Part shown: one piece after another, positions 1-9,827 of the stretch
Position numbering within the stretch: position 1 is the first letter of the stretch
Layout of the letters: each line of letters begins with the position of its first letter
Assembly: GCA_037308085.1 (NCBI GenBank)
Contig: CP147779.1
Coordinates: 2,744,652-2,808,651, forward strand
Reading direction: 5' to 3'
Length of the DNA: 64,000 bases
Origin: Promethearchaeati archaeon SRVP18_Atabeyarchaeia-1
GTDB taxonomy: Archaea; Asgardarchaeota; Atabeyarchaeia; Atabeyarchaeales; Atabeyarchaeaceae
Notes under the pieces: generated by a model
The model's database searches: none
Told to the model about the DNA's origin: nothing
The model's input: only the letters and a program-made list of their open reading frames with translations
Made by a program: the position numbers and the translations under genes

Positions 1-33
1 GCTGGAAATCTGGATGTACTCATCGGAGAGTAA
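1..33 (+). CDS. 3' end of a gene running in from upstream (truncated by window)
   Basis: Open frame AGNLDVLIGE ending at TAA 31-33, just before the next start. Confidence 0.4.
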   Translation, partial: AGNLDVLIGE

Positions 34-39
34 TCCTTG

Positions 40-2460
40 ATGACAGATCTAACGTTACTTTACGTTTTCGGTCCCGCCGTACTGATATCATTGTTCTTCT
101 TGCTCTGGATCCGATCTCGGATCTATAAAGGAATTGCAAGAACGCTCCTGTTGGTAGTTTGGGTCAATGCATTCATGGTTTTGCTGTGGCTGGTCACAAG
201 CGGTGAGCTAGCTTGGTCCGGAAGCGCGCAGGGAGTTAATGAAGGAATCCTCCTGGCGCAACTATCATTATCAGCATTTCAATCCGGTGCCTACGTACTT
301 GAGCAGCTACTGCTCTGGGGCTTCGTCGCCTTCTTTGCCGTAATCATTGGATCAATATATCTTCTAATAACATGCATGCGCAAGAAGGGCGGCTCCCTCG
401 CAGAAAAAATGAGCCAAGTAAGCTTCAAGGGATCGGTCCAAAACCCGTTAACTAGTGGCTTTGACATCATGGGTCTTCAGAGCTACCTGATCATTGGACT
501 TGCGACAATGCCTTCGATGATCTCAATCCTGATGGGCATGGACATAGCCCAGGCAAATGGCAGTCTCTCCCTTTTCTCCTACAGCGTTGTGTACTACGTT
601 CTTCTCTTCTACAGATTCTCACTAATGGCGTATACTAGGATTGCGAAGAGAGCTGATCTCCACTACGGGAAGGAGGATCTTGGACAGAAGTACCAGCAGA
701 GGATATTCGGACGGTTCACAGTGCTAAACCTGCTGCTATCAGTAGTTCTCCTGGGGTATTCCGTAATCACCGCCCCAGGTGCACTCGGTTATCTTGCAGG
801 CGATCTCGTTGTTGAGCTGAGATCACTACTAGTCGCCATCTTGGTCTTGCCCTTTGTTGAAGGATTTGCCACGTTCTTCTTCATGCGGTTCTGGCATTTC
901 TGGTCCAAGCTTGGAACTAGAGTGCGTAGCATCAAGTGGAAGTCAGCACTATACTCGTTGACACGGGGGATCTTAGTCGGCGGTGCGTGTTTCGTTCTCT
1001 TTTATTCAATTCTATCCTTTGTGACGGCCGCAACAACCTTCTTCAACGGGCTCAGTAGCACCCCAGTCTTCAACAACCAGATCGGAGCCGTGGACATATA
1101 CAGCTTCATACAGGGCTTAGGATCAACCCTTGGAACACGCTATGACGTCCTCGTCTTACCAGCATTGTGGGGACTGATAGGCGTTTTCCTATTTCAATTC
1201 ATCAAGGTCCTTATCGGCGGATCCCTAACTCACCGAAAGGACACTGCGCCAGAGTACAGCATAGTTGTCGCTGGGATTACGATAGCAGTACTCATCTGGG
1301 TGATTATGCCTGCCACGAACTTCCTGCTGGGTGCCTTTCCTGCCAGTCTCACGACGGATGGCCAGACCTGGTCAACGCTAACAATGGCATTCGTTCCACA
1401 ACCCTTGCAGCAAGAATTCTTCACAATCTACTACGTCGTGCCAGCGCCTTCCGTCTTGCTCTATGCGGTATTCTTGGATTTCCCAATCTGGATTTTTGGA
1501 TCCCTGCTGCTAACGTATTTCTTCGTGTTCCGAAGACCACTAGTCCCCCAGAAGAAAGAAGAGGTTGACGTCTTCATATCGTCAGACTTCTTCAAGCTTT
1601 TCATATCCTTCTGTGCGGTCGCGGTTGCTTCAGTCGCCTCTCTCATGGCGATAAGTTCAGTGACGCCTTTCGGAGATGCGGTGCATGCGCTTCTGAGCAA
1701 GCTCTGGTTCCCGAATGCTAGAGACCTCTGGCTCTTCCAGACGGTCGGATCATCCTGGATCTTCTTCCATAATGTGATCCGATTTCTGCTCACTGTATTT
1801 ACGCCGCTAGTACTCTGGATCAGTTTGACGGGTATCTGGAAGTGGTTACGGAATGAGAAAGTCGAGGGTAAGCCCTGGTATCTCTTGGCGATTGCCCTGT
1901 TTGTGCTTGAGGGCGTCTTCTTCGTTGACAGATTCACGTACATTGCGGTCATAGCGATTCCTCTGGTCTTTGCAGCTATCTACCGTGGATTCTACCGCCT
2001 AGTGAAAAGGACTTCACCTAAGACAAGGTTCAGGACAACTTTTCTGAAGATATCATTCTACTCGTTGATTCTCTGCGAGATCTACTCTACTGCGATAGCT
2101 TTTGCTGACAGGTACATGTTTCCTATTCCCCCCGCAACCCAAAGCTTTGCTGCCGGAGGCAACCTGGGACTACTGTTCTACCTATTGATCCTCGTACCCC
2201 ATGGTCTGATTGAAATACCTGCTATCATGCTTGCTGGGATGATCGGACTCTACATTGCGCGGCGGATGACACCTGTGATCGACGCAGACGAGAAAAAACT
2301 AGGGAAGTTCATGACCGAAGGGAAGAACCTTCTCTTCTCCAAGAAGATCTGGTACCCCATATTGTTTGTGACAATATTCTTCGCTGTCGCCGCAGTCATT
2401 GAAATCTACGTATCTTATGGTCCAATGGAGCAGCTGGCAAATATGTTCGGATTCGCGTAA
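40..2460 (+). CDS. Large polytopic membrane protein with C-terminal SpoIIM-like domain
   Basis: About 20 hydrophobic segments; C-terminal 'VPHGLIEIPAIMLAG...AAVIE' is typical of SpoIIM; GGAG RBS before ATG 40. Confidence 0.7.
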   Translation: MTDLTLLYVFGPAVLISLFFLLWIRSRIYKGIARTLLLVVWVNAFMVLLWLVTSGELAWSGSAQGVNEGILLAQLSLSAFQSGAYVLEQLLLWGFVAFFAVIIGSIYLLITCMRKKGGSLAEKMSQVSFKGSVQNPLTSGFDIMGLQSYLIIGLATMPSMISILMGMDIAQANGSLSLFSYSVVYYVLLFYRFSLMAYTRIAKRADLHYGKEDLGQKYQQRIFGRFTVLNLLLSVVLLGYSVITAPGALGYLAGDLVVELRSLLVAILVLPFVEGFATFFFMRFWHFWSKLGTRVRSIKWKSALYSLTRGILVGGACFVLFYSILSFVTAATTFFNGLSSTPVFNNQIGAVDIYSFIQGLGSTLGTRYDVLVLPALWGLIGVFLFQFIKVLIGGSLTHRKDTAPEYSIVVAGITIAVLIWVIMPATNFLLGAFPASLTTDGQTWSTLTMAFVPQPLQQEFFTIYYVVPAPSVLLYAVFLDFPIWIFGSLLLTYFFVFRRPLVPQKKEEVDVFISSDFFKLFISFCAVAVASVASLMAISSVTPFGDAVHALLSKLWFPNARDLWLFQTVGSSWIFFHNVIRFLLTVFTPLVLWISLTGIWKWLRNEKVEGKPWYLLAIALFVLEGVFFVDRFTYIAVIAIPLVFAAIYRGFYRLVKRTSPKTRFRTTFLKISFYSLILCEIYSTAIAFADRYMFPIPPATQSFAAGGNLGLLFYLLILVPHGLIEIPAIMLAGMIGLYIARRMTPVIDADEKKLGKFMTEGKNLLFSKKIWYPILFVTIFFAVAAVIEIYVSYGPMEQLANMFGFA

Positions 2461-2471
2461 AACACCAACAC

Positions 2472-2490
2472 CTTTCTCTTTTTTTGCTTT
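2472..2490 (+). terminator. Oligo-T archaeal terminator
   Basis: CTTTCTCTTTTTTTGCTTT directly after the stop at 2460. Confidence 0.5.
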
Positions 2491-2645
2491 CTCAGGCACC
2501 CATACATAATAGCGCGAGCGAAATCAGTGGACGACAGAAAGAGGTAAAGCTATTAATGTGTCCATTGTCGGAATCTCATGTTATCTCGGGCTACGACGCC
2601 GTCTTTGTGCTATTGTGATTATACTCTGAAGAACTGTTTGCCCGG

Positions 2646-2671
2646 AAGTGTTACGCATAACACTTATTTAA
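2646..2671 (+). promoter_or_regulatory. Palindromic operator abutting a TATA-like box
   Basis: AAGTGTTA-CGCA-TAACACTT (perfect 8-4-8 inverted repeat) overlapping TTATTTAA, upstream of the ORF at 2783. Confidence 0.45.
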
Positions 2672-2782
2672 CGGCAGAGTTCATTATATTCTGGTGCAAC
2701 AGCCGTTAATCTAATCCTGCAATCTTCGCAATGAACTTGGCGCGTATGAAAAAACAACCGCAACTAAGGGGATGATGGATAA

Positions 2783-3118
2783 ATGATAAGCACGGTGACG
2801 ACTGAATCTTGGGAGCAATTCTTCGCTGTGGAACTTGACAGGCTAAGAAGATTCTATTCCATAGAACTGGGGAAGCAGGATTACAATGAGATCGAAGAAT
2901 GGCTAAAAGATCGACTTGGGCTGCGCTCAGGCGCCATGATTTCTGAACAGCTTAGGACTCTGCCGGAGTGCGACGTTCGACAGCTAAGGTATGAATTCAT
3001 TCAGCTTGTGAAGAGAAACAGAAGATTCAGGAAGCCCACGGCACACGGCAGAACGTTGCCTGAGGGAACAGCAGATGCGCTTGGCGAGAGAGAAGAACGA
3101 GATAGCAGAACTGAATGA
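2783..3118 (+). CDS. Hypothetical helical protein
   Basis: 111-aa ORF with protein-like composition, GGGGATGA upstream and a promoter-like region. Confidence 0.6.
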   Translation: MISTVTTESWEQFFAVELDRLRRFYSIELGKQDYNEIEEWLKDRLGLRSGAMISEQLRTLPECDVRQLRYEFIQLVKRNRRFRKPTAHGRTLPEGTADALGEREERDSRTE

Positions 3119-3189
3119 AAAAGCGAAAACAAGGTAGACAAGAAGCAATCCTGTCCAGCTTGTCCTTCTATTTTCTATGTGCCCTGAGT

Positions 3190-4341
3190 CTATTTTGACC
3201 AGAGCTTCGGTATCATCTCAAGTATCCTAGATCTAAGGAGGGGTATTCCTCGCTCAGCTCTGGCATGAGCCACAGGTTCACAGAATTGCACCTCGGTAGC
3301 CCCTGTGTCCGTGAATATCGGTTGAAACTTCCAGAGTTTTATCTTCTTTGCATTCTTGGACATCATGTTTGGCAATAGGTGGAAGGATAGAGCGGCGTAC
3401 TGTTTTCCAAACCACGAAAGCTCCGTCTCCATCCTGCAGGTCCATAGAAGCGCTCCTTCCTTACCCCAGATTGACGGAGGACCATTGACTGGAGGAGTCT
3501 TCAGCGGTATCTCTATCGATTCGCCTGGATCAATTTTCCCGCTCTCTTTGAGTATGAAGCCGGCAGAGAAGACTCTATCGCCGATCGAGGGGCTTGCGTT
3601 CCAGCATTCTACGACTCCCCTGAAGCCGTTCACTTTGCCGGGTTTGGGGGTGGGGTTCCAGACCTTCAGCAACAAGTCAAGCCCTTCGCCTTGCTTGGCG
3701 TATCTTGAGGGGGCCTTGAGTTCTCCTACCTGAGTAAACTTCGCGACAACAGATTCCCCAGTCGACACCTCTGCTGGAGCATAACTGATGGTAATCGGTT
3801 TGGACACACGTTCATACGAGGAGTCTTTGCCCAACGAGAAGCTATAAACGAAACCATTGCCTAACTGGGAAGCTTCAATCAGCTTAGCTTTGTCATCTTC
3901 CGCGAGCCCCATGTCCTCCCGGACGCTCTCAGGCATCTTCTCCATCAGCCAGGCCATCTCGCCAGATTCTCTGACGGGTTTTGAGAACACTGCGAAAATG
4001 TTCCATCCCCATGAGAGATCCACTCGCCCCTGTTTTCCCTTGGAGGCGAATGACGGCGGATAGGCAACGAGTTGCTCAGGATCTTTCGGTGTCTGGAATA
4101 CAATGTCGAAATAGCTCTTCTTAGCCAGTGGCTTGTTTTCAACCAGGGTGGCCCCCCAGTCATAGATGATGCGTTGTTGAACCTGCTTCTTACCATTCGC
4201 CAATACTGTGCTGTTCTCGACGCAAACTAAAGAGACTCTTAGATGCCCAGACTTCTTGAGGTCAGTGTCGACGGCGACTCTGCACCTTATGGGCTCACCC
4301 ATATTGTAGTCATCCTTTTCAGTGAAGATCTTAATGCCCAA
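3190..4341 (-). CDS. Arrestin/Vps26-fold (arrestin N+C-like) protein
   Basis: N-terminal 'IFTEKDDYNMGEPIRCRVAV' and two PPS motifs (YPPSFASK, GPPSIWGKEG) each followed by a beta-strand, as in tandem arrestin-type beta-sandwiches; TTG start. Confidence 0.6.
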   Translation of the reverse strand: MGIKIFTEKDDYNMGEPIRCRVAVDTDLKKSGHLRVSLVCVENSTVLANGKKQVQQRIIYDWGATLVENKPLAKKSYFDIVFQTPKDPEQLVAYPPSFASKGKQGRVDLSWGWNIFAVFSKPVRESGEMAWLMEKMPESVREDMGLAEDDKAKLIEASQLGNGFVYSFSLGKDSSYERVSKPITISYAPAEVSTGESVVAKFTQVGELKAPSRYAKQGEGLDLLLKVWNPTPKPGKVNGFRGVVECWNASPSIGDRVFSAGFILKESGKIDPGESIEIPLKTPPVNGPPSIWGKEGALLWTCRMETELSWFGKQYAALSFHLLPNMMSKNAKKIKLWKFQPIFTDTGATEVQFCEPVAHARAERGIPLLRSRILEMIPKLWSK

Positions 4342-4464
4342 ATTTCAACAACTCCTGCGGACTCCGCAAAATCATGTCACAGGGGCGGAGACTTTGGCTC
4401 CAATGAAGCAGAGGCGTATCATGTCTATTAATAAGTTATGCCTTTATGGCGGGTCTGCTCGATA

Positions 4465-4866
4465 TCACTTGAGAAGTTCGAGAATATCTGAAGGGATCTC
4501 AACTGCGCGAAAGCCTTCGTCAACGGCGACCACCTTGACTCTACCGTTAGCCGACACCCTGCCAGTAGTCTTGTTGAAGACCGAAAAAGCGTAGGTTATA
4601 CTACTCTTTCCTACGGCGGCGATGTTCAATTCTACTTCAAGTAGATCATCGAACTTGGCAGGGGATGAATACTGGCAGTATGCCTCCACTCGAGGCAGAC
4701 TGAATCTCTTGCTTTGCGAGGCCCTTGTCAAGTCTAGCTTGAGGACGTCCCGTAGCAGTTTCTGTTCAGCAATCTCGAAGTACACGAAGAAGTTCGTGAA
4801 ATGTACAATGCCTGCGGAGTCGGTTTCTCTCCACCTTACTCTAATTTCCTCTTTGATTGGTTTCAA
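4465..4866 (-). CDS. Acyl-CoA thioesterase (4HBT/YbgC hotdog fold)
   Basis: 'VRWRETDSAGIVHFTNFFVYFEIAE' signature. Confidence 0.9.
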   Translation of the reverse strand: MKPIKEEIRVRWRETDSAGIVHFTNFFVYFEIAEQKLLRDVLKLDLTRASQSKRFSLPRVEAYCQYSSPAKFDDLLEVELNIAAVGKSSITYAFSVFNKTTGRVSANGRVKVVAVDEGFRAVEIPSDILELLK

Positions 4867-5148
4867 GAGACTTCACCAGTCCGATTGTGATGAGCGGAAT
4901 CCAATTTGACGAGAAAACCGCGTCTGCATTTCTGAGAATGAGATCTCTTCACTGTTGCGGAGTTACTGCGATCTCCACAATGGAGCGGTGTAGATTTAAA
5001 AAGCTTTATGAACATAGGAATAGAATTAACTATTTAGGTAGCAAACGATCCTTTGACGGACGTATCTGCGTTCGTCCCGTTCGAGGGATGCTGGAATCCA
5101 GAGTCTCTTGCTCTTTGGCGACGATAAAAGTGGAGGAGTCAGATAGAG

Positions 5149-5748
5149 TTGCAAGTGTTCAAAGTGATAGCTGTCGGTGATGGCTCAGTCGGCAAAACCA
5201 GCATCACAATAAGGTTCTGTGAAGGGAAGTTCTCACAGGAGTACTTGATGACCATTGGAGCCAACTTCGGAGTCAAGCAACAGACCATCTCGTTCGGAGA
5301 AGATGCAAAGGACATCAAACTCCAGATCTGGGATACTGGAGGGCAAGAGAGGTTCAGCGCGATCCGGGAACTCTACTACAAAGGTGCTCTCGGCGCGCTC
5401 GTAGTCTTCGACGTTACAAATCGGGAGAGTTTTGAGCACGTCCCCACGTGGTTTTCCGAGGTCCGCAGGAACATCACGAACATACCGATCACGCTCATCG
5501 GCAATAAGATAGACTTGCCCAGCAGGGCCGTGACGTTAGAGGAAGGAGTAGCGATGTCAAAAAGGATGGCTACTCCATACAGGGAAACTTCTGCAAAGAC
5601 CGGTGAGAGAGTGTACGAAGTCTTTTCAGAACTGTCTTACAGGATTCTGTTGTCCCTCTACGGTCCTCCAATAGTAAACGGAGAGACTATAATAGGGATA
5701 CCCAAGGAGCTTCAAAGGCACTCCGCTTCGGTTGAGTCTGAAAAGTGA
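5149..5748 (+). CDS. Rab-like small GTPase
   Basis: G1 GDGSVGKT, G2 TIG, G3 WDTGGQE, G4 NKID, G5 ETSAK; 'IKLQIWD', 'YYKGA'; no C-terminal Cys prenylation motif. Confidence 0.95.
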   Translation: MQVFKVIAVGDGSVGKTSITIRFCEGKFSQEYLMTIGANFGVKQQTISFGEDAKDIKLQIWDTGGQERFSAIRELYYKGALGALVVFDVTNRESFEHVPTWFSEVRRNITNIPITLIGNKIDLPSRAVTLEEGVAMSKRMATPYRETSAKTGERVYEVFSELSYRILLSLYGPPIVNGETIIGIPKELQRHSASVESEK

Positions 5749-5832
5749 TGTTTTTGACGATAGATCTTGATCTGACCGCCAATGCCCTTCTTCCTTTGCC
5801 TTCTTGCTGAGCAGAACTGCTGTCTCCTCAGC

Positions 5833-6915
5833 TCATTGGCGGGACTCGGATTCGTTCAGGATTCGGCTTATTGCATCCAAGGGGCTTTCCATATCTCGCG
5901 TGAGCTCTTTCGCATTCACCCGGTATTTGTCCGGTTCGCGTAGTACAGCCAGAGCATGGCTTGTGACTTCATCCATATTCCTCGAGTAGAAAATTGGAAA
6001 TCCTTTTGCTGTCAAGTACTTCTCGACATCCATCTCCATTGGGAAATGAGATATGCTTGGAATTCCAAGAAGGGCGGATTCCCAGGTCATGGTCCCTCCG
6101 CCACTGACAGTCAGTGTTGAGTAAGCGAGTAGGCTCGGTCCATCTATCGCATGGCGTGGCACGACCACTTTTCCGTGGAACTCCTTTGTGATGGCTGCGC
6201 GCTGATCATCATACCGTGGCATCACAACAATTTGTGCGTTACGAAACTCTTTGAGAATCCTTTTCACTAGGGTAGCTGCCTGGAAGTTCTGGGCGCTGAT
6301 GCCTTTGAACTCTCTCAGATATGCTGCCTTTGCCTCTTCTGGTCTTATGATCACTATTGGTTCTGAGGCAGATAGCCCGAGCGTCTCAAGGACAGAAGAG
6401 TCTGGCCTTAGGTTAGGTATCCACGCTACTTCGTCGACGCCATCATATTGCACAATCCCATCTCTGCCCGCTCCCAAGGCTATCAGTTTCACAGGATCTA
6501 TGCAAGCTGGTGAGATAACGTACTTGGAGAATGGGAAAGTGAGTTTGCAGACAGCAGTTGAGTGTGGCGTATCATTGAGACACATGGCTTTTATTCCCAG
6601 ACCAAAGGCCACACGCGCAGCTTCTGGCGAACTAAAGTGCATTGAATAGTCGATCTCTCCCGCCATGGGAGAAACGTAGTCGATCAACTTCAGTATTCTC
6701 TCTGTGCTTGCCCTGAGCTTGCCCTCTAGTGTTTCCCCCCCATACTTACCTGCAACGTAGTGAGGGATCCCCTTCAATTTCAATAGATCAACAACAACAT
6801 CATGGATTCTAGTAGTGACAATTGCTTTGTGCCCTTTTGCCTCGAGACCCTTTTTTATGCTTTCGAATAGCCAAACCTGTTTTGGGGTCATTATGTCAAG
6901 CCAAAATGTCATCAT
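5833..6915 (-). CDS. DUF354 family GT-B-fold protein
   Basis: 'WLDIMTPKQV', 'SSPEAARVAFGLG', 'RPEE.KAAY', 'GGGTM..ESALLGIPSIS'; start probably ATG 6915 or 6912. Confidence 0.85.
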   Translation of the reverse strand: MMTFWLDIMTPKQVWLFESIKKGLEAKGHKAIVTTRIHDVVVDLLKLKGIPHYVAGKYGGETLEGKLRASTERILKLIDYVSPMAGEIDYSMHFSSPEAARVAFGLGIKAMCLNDTPHSTAVCKLTFPFSKYVISPACIDPVKLIALGAGRDGIVQYDGVDEVAWIPNLRPDSSVLETLGLSASEPIVIIRPEEAKAAYLREFKGISAQNFQAATLVKRILKEFRNAQIVVMPRYDDQRAAITKEFHGKVVVPRHAIDGPSLLAYSTLTVSGGGTMTWESALLGIPSISHFPMEMDVEKYLTAKGFPIFYSRNMDEVTSHALAVLREPDKYRVNAKELTRDMESPLDAISRILNESESRQ

Positions 6916-7021
6916 GCCGCTGAGACACACCCACCCAGGTGTTCGGTGATCAATGTTGATAACTAGTTGATAGGGATATCTCTATTAAAGCAATTGGATG
7001 CCGGTGACCGCAGAAATGAGT

Positions 7022-7370
7022 CTTCGGCTTGCTTACCATCGTTCTGTTCACCCTTTTGGTGACAGCTTTGAGTTGGGGACAAGCTGGTTTCAGGTATGCG
7101 TGGAGTTAAGGCTGCTAGGTTGAGCTATCCCCTGTCTCCCGAATTACTCAAGCCCTTAGACTAGTACAACAAGAGGGTGAACGATTGCGCAGCATGAGCA
7201 GAGGTTCAGGAAGAAAGATGCACTTTCCATTCTGCGATAGTCTCGTGGCAGAAGTGAGAATACAACATTGGGTATTTCTGGCGCAGGGGTTGGGGTCAGC
7301 CTGAAGCGTAGGCGGCAAGTGAAGTGACGAAGGGAGCCTCGAAAAAGCGATCCTTCGAGCAGATGCTCCT
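7022..7370 (+). ncRNA. Candidate structured non-coding RNA, family unassigned
   Basis: Many nested helices with G-U pairs on the + strand, e.g. 7046-7058/7170-7182, 7075-7081/7133-7139, 7027-7036/7308-7320; TATTAAAG at about 6982. Confidence 0.45.
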
Positions 7371-7404
7371 CAATTGAATTGCTGCCGGAAGAGTAAACAG
7401 GACC

Positions 7405-7920
7405 TTATCCATATCTGTCCACTAGCAGTCGCACTATGTTATCGAACAGTTTGCGGACGTTCTCTCCGGTTTTGGCTGAGGCTTCGAGAAAACTGGCTCC
7501 GATCTCTTTGGCCAATTTCTCACCTTCGTCTCTGCTTATGTTCCTGTTTGGCAAGTCAATCTTGTTACCAACCAAAATAAGGGGAATCGATGATGTTGAG
7601 CTTACAAGATCCTTAAGCCAGGCTCTCGTATTTGTAAGGCTCTTCTTTACAGTTATGTCGTACACCAGTACGGCCAGCGACGTACCCCCATAGTACTTGT
7701 CCCTGACCTGACTAAACATCTCTTGTCCGGCGATGTCCCAGATCAGAAGCGTGAGGATTTTGCCTTCGTGACTGTACTCTCTTGCCACAACGTTGGCGCC
7801 CAATGTGGGGAGATAGTCGGACTTGAACTGAGATGTAGCATAGCGCGAGACTAGACTGGTTTTTCCAACACCTTCGTCCCCGATGAAGATGATCTTGAAA
7901 ACTGATGATTTGCTGCTAAT
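7405..7920 (-). CDS. Rab-like small GTPase (probable ATT start)
   Basis: Frame extends upstream of the track ORF (7803) to include FKIIFIGDEGVGKTSLV; WDIAGQE, NKID, EASAK; in-frame TGA at 7935-7933. Confidence 0.9.
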   Translation of the reverse strand: MSSKSSVFKIIFIGDEGVGKTSLVSRYATSQFKSDYLPTLGANVVAREYSHEGKILTLLIWDIAGQEMFSQVRDKYYGGTSLAVLVYDITVKKSLTNTRAWLKDLVSSTSSIPLILVGNKIDLPNRNISRDEGEKLAKEIGASFLEASAKTGENVRKLFDNIVRLLVDRYG

Positions 7921-8234
7921 TGTCCCACACCCTCATTCGGGAGGTTAGGAAATCTGGATATTTCCTCCTTCTGTTAGCGGAACCTCCACTCGCCCAGTCT
8001 TCGCACATCAATTTATAGCTTGCTAGCACTACATCAATATAATGGATTTGGCTCTTCTCTTTTTGAATCTTACCGATCCATATTGTAGCCCGACATAACT
8101 GTGCTGCGATATCCGCAACATTTCAGCTAATTATGGCATATCTCTGCATGGTCATTTGTTATCTCGTAAAGTTCGCCAATCAGCTCATGAAGAAATGCTA
8201 ACTATATTGCGAAGATGATAGGTGGAAGGAAATA

Positions 8235-9827
8235 ATGAACCAAAAAAATGGAATTTCAACAAGATTTATGTTCATGGATCCAGACGGAAACAACCTTAAG
8301 CCGTTCAATGAAGCCGTAACGGCTTCCATTAGGTTGCTCGGTTTATGGTGGAAGGGCATTGATGGAGCGAGTCCACCTCTTCTTAGCGACGGCGATGTAA
8401 AGAACCTATCCTCATCTTTTGACGAACACCCCGAGCCCTCACTTCTCAAAGAACCATATACGAAACTTGGGCCTTGCATCAAAGCTCTGTTTGGAAGCGT
8501 CCGCTTCAATAAGCATAATATGATGAACGTTCACCCAACGCCTTTTCTACCAGCCGTTGTTGCCTCATTATTCACAATGCTTCAGAACCCAAACAATCTG
8601 TCCCCCGCGACCTCTCCTGCAACTACGCTTCTGGAAGAGGAGTGCATCAGCCAGTTAGCGGATCTCTTAGGATTCCACGAGGAGAATGGGGCAGTCAAAT
8701 GTGGAGGAAACATATTGTCCTGCGGAAGCCTATCAAACTTGACGGCTCTAATGGTAGCTAGAGAAAAGACGTACAGTAAGCACTATCGAGGACAGTCTTC
8801 AGAGGGACTGGGGTTGTTTGGTCTACCTAGAGGCATAATAGTGACCTCGAAGTCTGCACATTACTCAATTCAGAAAGCGGCCAGAATCCTTGGATTAGGG
8901 GAAGGCGGCGTACTTGAAGTACCCGTGGCTGACGAAAATGAAATTGCCGAATTCGAAAAATCAGGCACACCTCTCAAGTTGAAGCCCACCAAGGAGGCTT
9001 ACGCGGAGGCGTTTGAAAGAATAGAGAAAGGAACGCATGGTGCAAATTCCGAGGGTCAATTGATCATATCAGCTGTATCCACGCTCGGAACGATAAGCAC
9101 TGGCACTATAGAACCGGTTCAACGCTTGGTGGACCTGAGAAAGGAGTATGGATTCCATCTTCACGTCGACGCGGCGATTGGCGGTCTCGCACTGGGACTA
9201 AGCGAAGTCAAATGCAAGGCCGCAGGTGTTGAACAGGCTGACTCTGTCACGATGGATCCTCATAAACTCGGCTTCCTTCACTATCCGTGCAGCGCCGTCA
9301 TATTCCGCAAGAAGTCGGATCTTGACGTAATATCCACAGATGCGCCATATGTTGATTCTTCCGCTAGCACGATAGAAGGCTCTCGCCCGGGATCTGGCGT
9401 AGCGGGTCTGTGGGTCGCTCTGAAGACACTTGGAAGCGAGGGCTACAACAGGATAATAGGTGAGTGTATTGACTTGACAAGGAAACTGGCCAATCACCTA
9501 GTAGACGTGGGATTCCAAGTCTTACACGAGGTCGACCTAAACACCTTATGCTTCTCAATCGGTTATGACGGCAAAACCAGAAAGAAGCTGAATAGGATGA
9601 CGAGTGACTTGCATGCTAGGCTTGTCGCTGATGGAGAGTATCTCTTGGCGAAAGTTGAGGATCTGTCCGGAGTGATGGTTAGGGATAGACCATGGCATTC
9701 GAGCTCCGAGAGGGTGAAAGTCACGGGGATCAAAGCGTGGATCATGAATCCGTACACAACCGAGAGCGATCTGGAGTCGCTTGTAAATAGGCTTCATGAG
9801 AAAAAGAAGGAACTTTCTATCAGCTGA
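8235..9827 (+). CDS. Group II PLP-dependent decarboxylase (tyrosine/aspartate decarboxylase-like)
   Basis: 'AHYSIQKAA..LG', 'HVDAAIGG', PLP-lysine motif 'DPHK', 'EGSRPG'. Confidence 0.9.
   Translation: MNQKNGISTRFMFMDPDGNNLKPFNEAVTASIRLLGLWWKGIDGASPPLLSDGDVKNLSSSFDEHPEPSLLKEPYTKLGPCIKALFGSVRFNKHNMMNVHPTPFLPAVVASLFTMLQNPNNLSPATSPATTLLEEECISQLADLLGFHEENGAVKCGGNILSCGSLSNLTALMVAREKTYSKHYRGQSSEGLGLFGLPRGIIVTSKSAHYSIQKAARILGLGEGGVLEVPVADENEIAEFEKSGTPLKLKPTKEAYAEAFERIEKGTHGANSEGQLIISAVSTLGTISTGTIEPVQRLVDLRKEYGFHLHVDAAIGGLALGLSEVKCKAAGVEQADSVTMDPHKLGFLHYPCSAVIFRKKSDLDVISTDAPYVDSSASTIEGSRPGSGVAGLWVALKTLGSEGYNRIIGECIDLTRKLANHLVDVGFQVLHEVDLNTLCFSIGYDGKTRKKLNRMTSDLHARLVADGEYLLAKVEDLSGVMVRDRPWHSSSERVKVTGIKAWIMNPYTTESDLESLVNRLHEKKKELSIS

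Noticed and set aside
7105-7140. Minus-strand CAGG...AGCAGC resembling SRP RNA helix 8
   Set aside because: No GNRA-capped stem between the motifs, and the G-U pairing bias favours the + strand.
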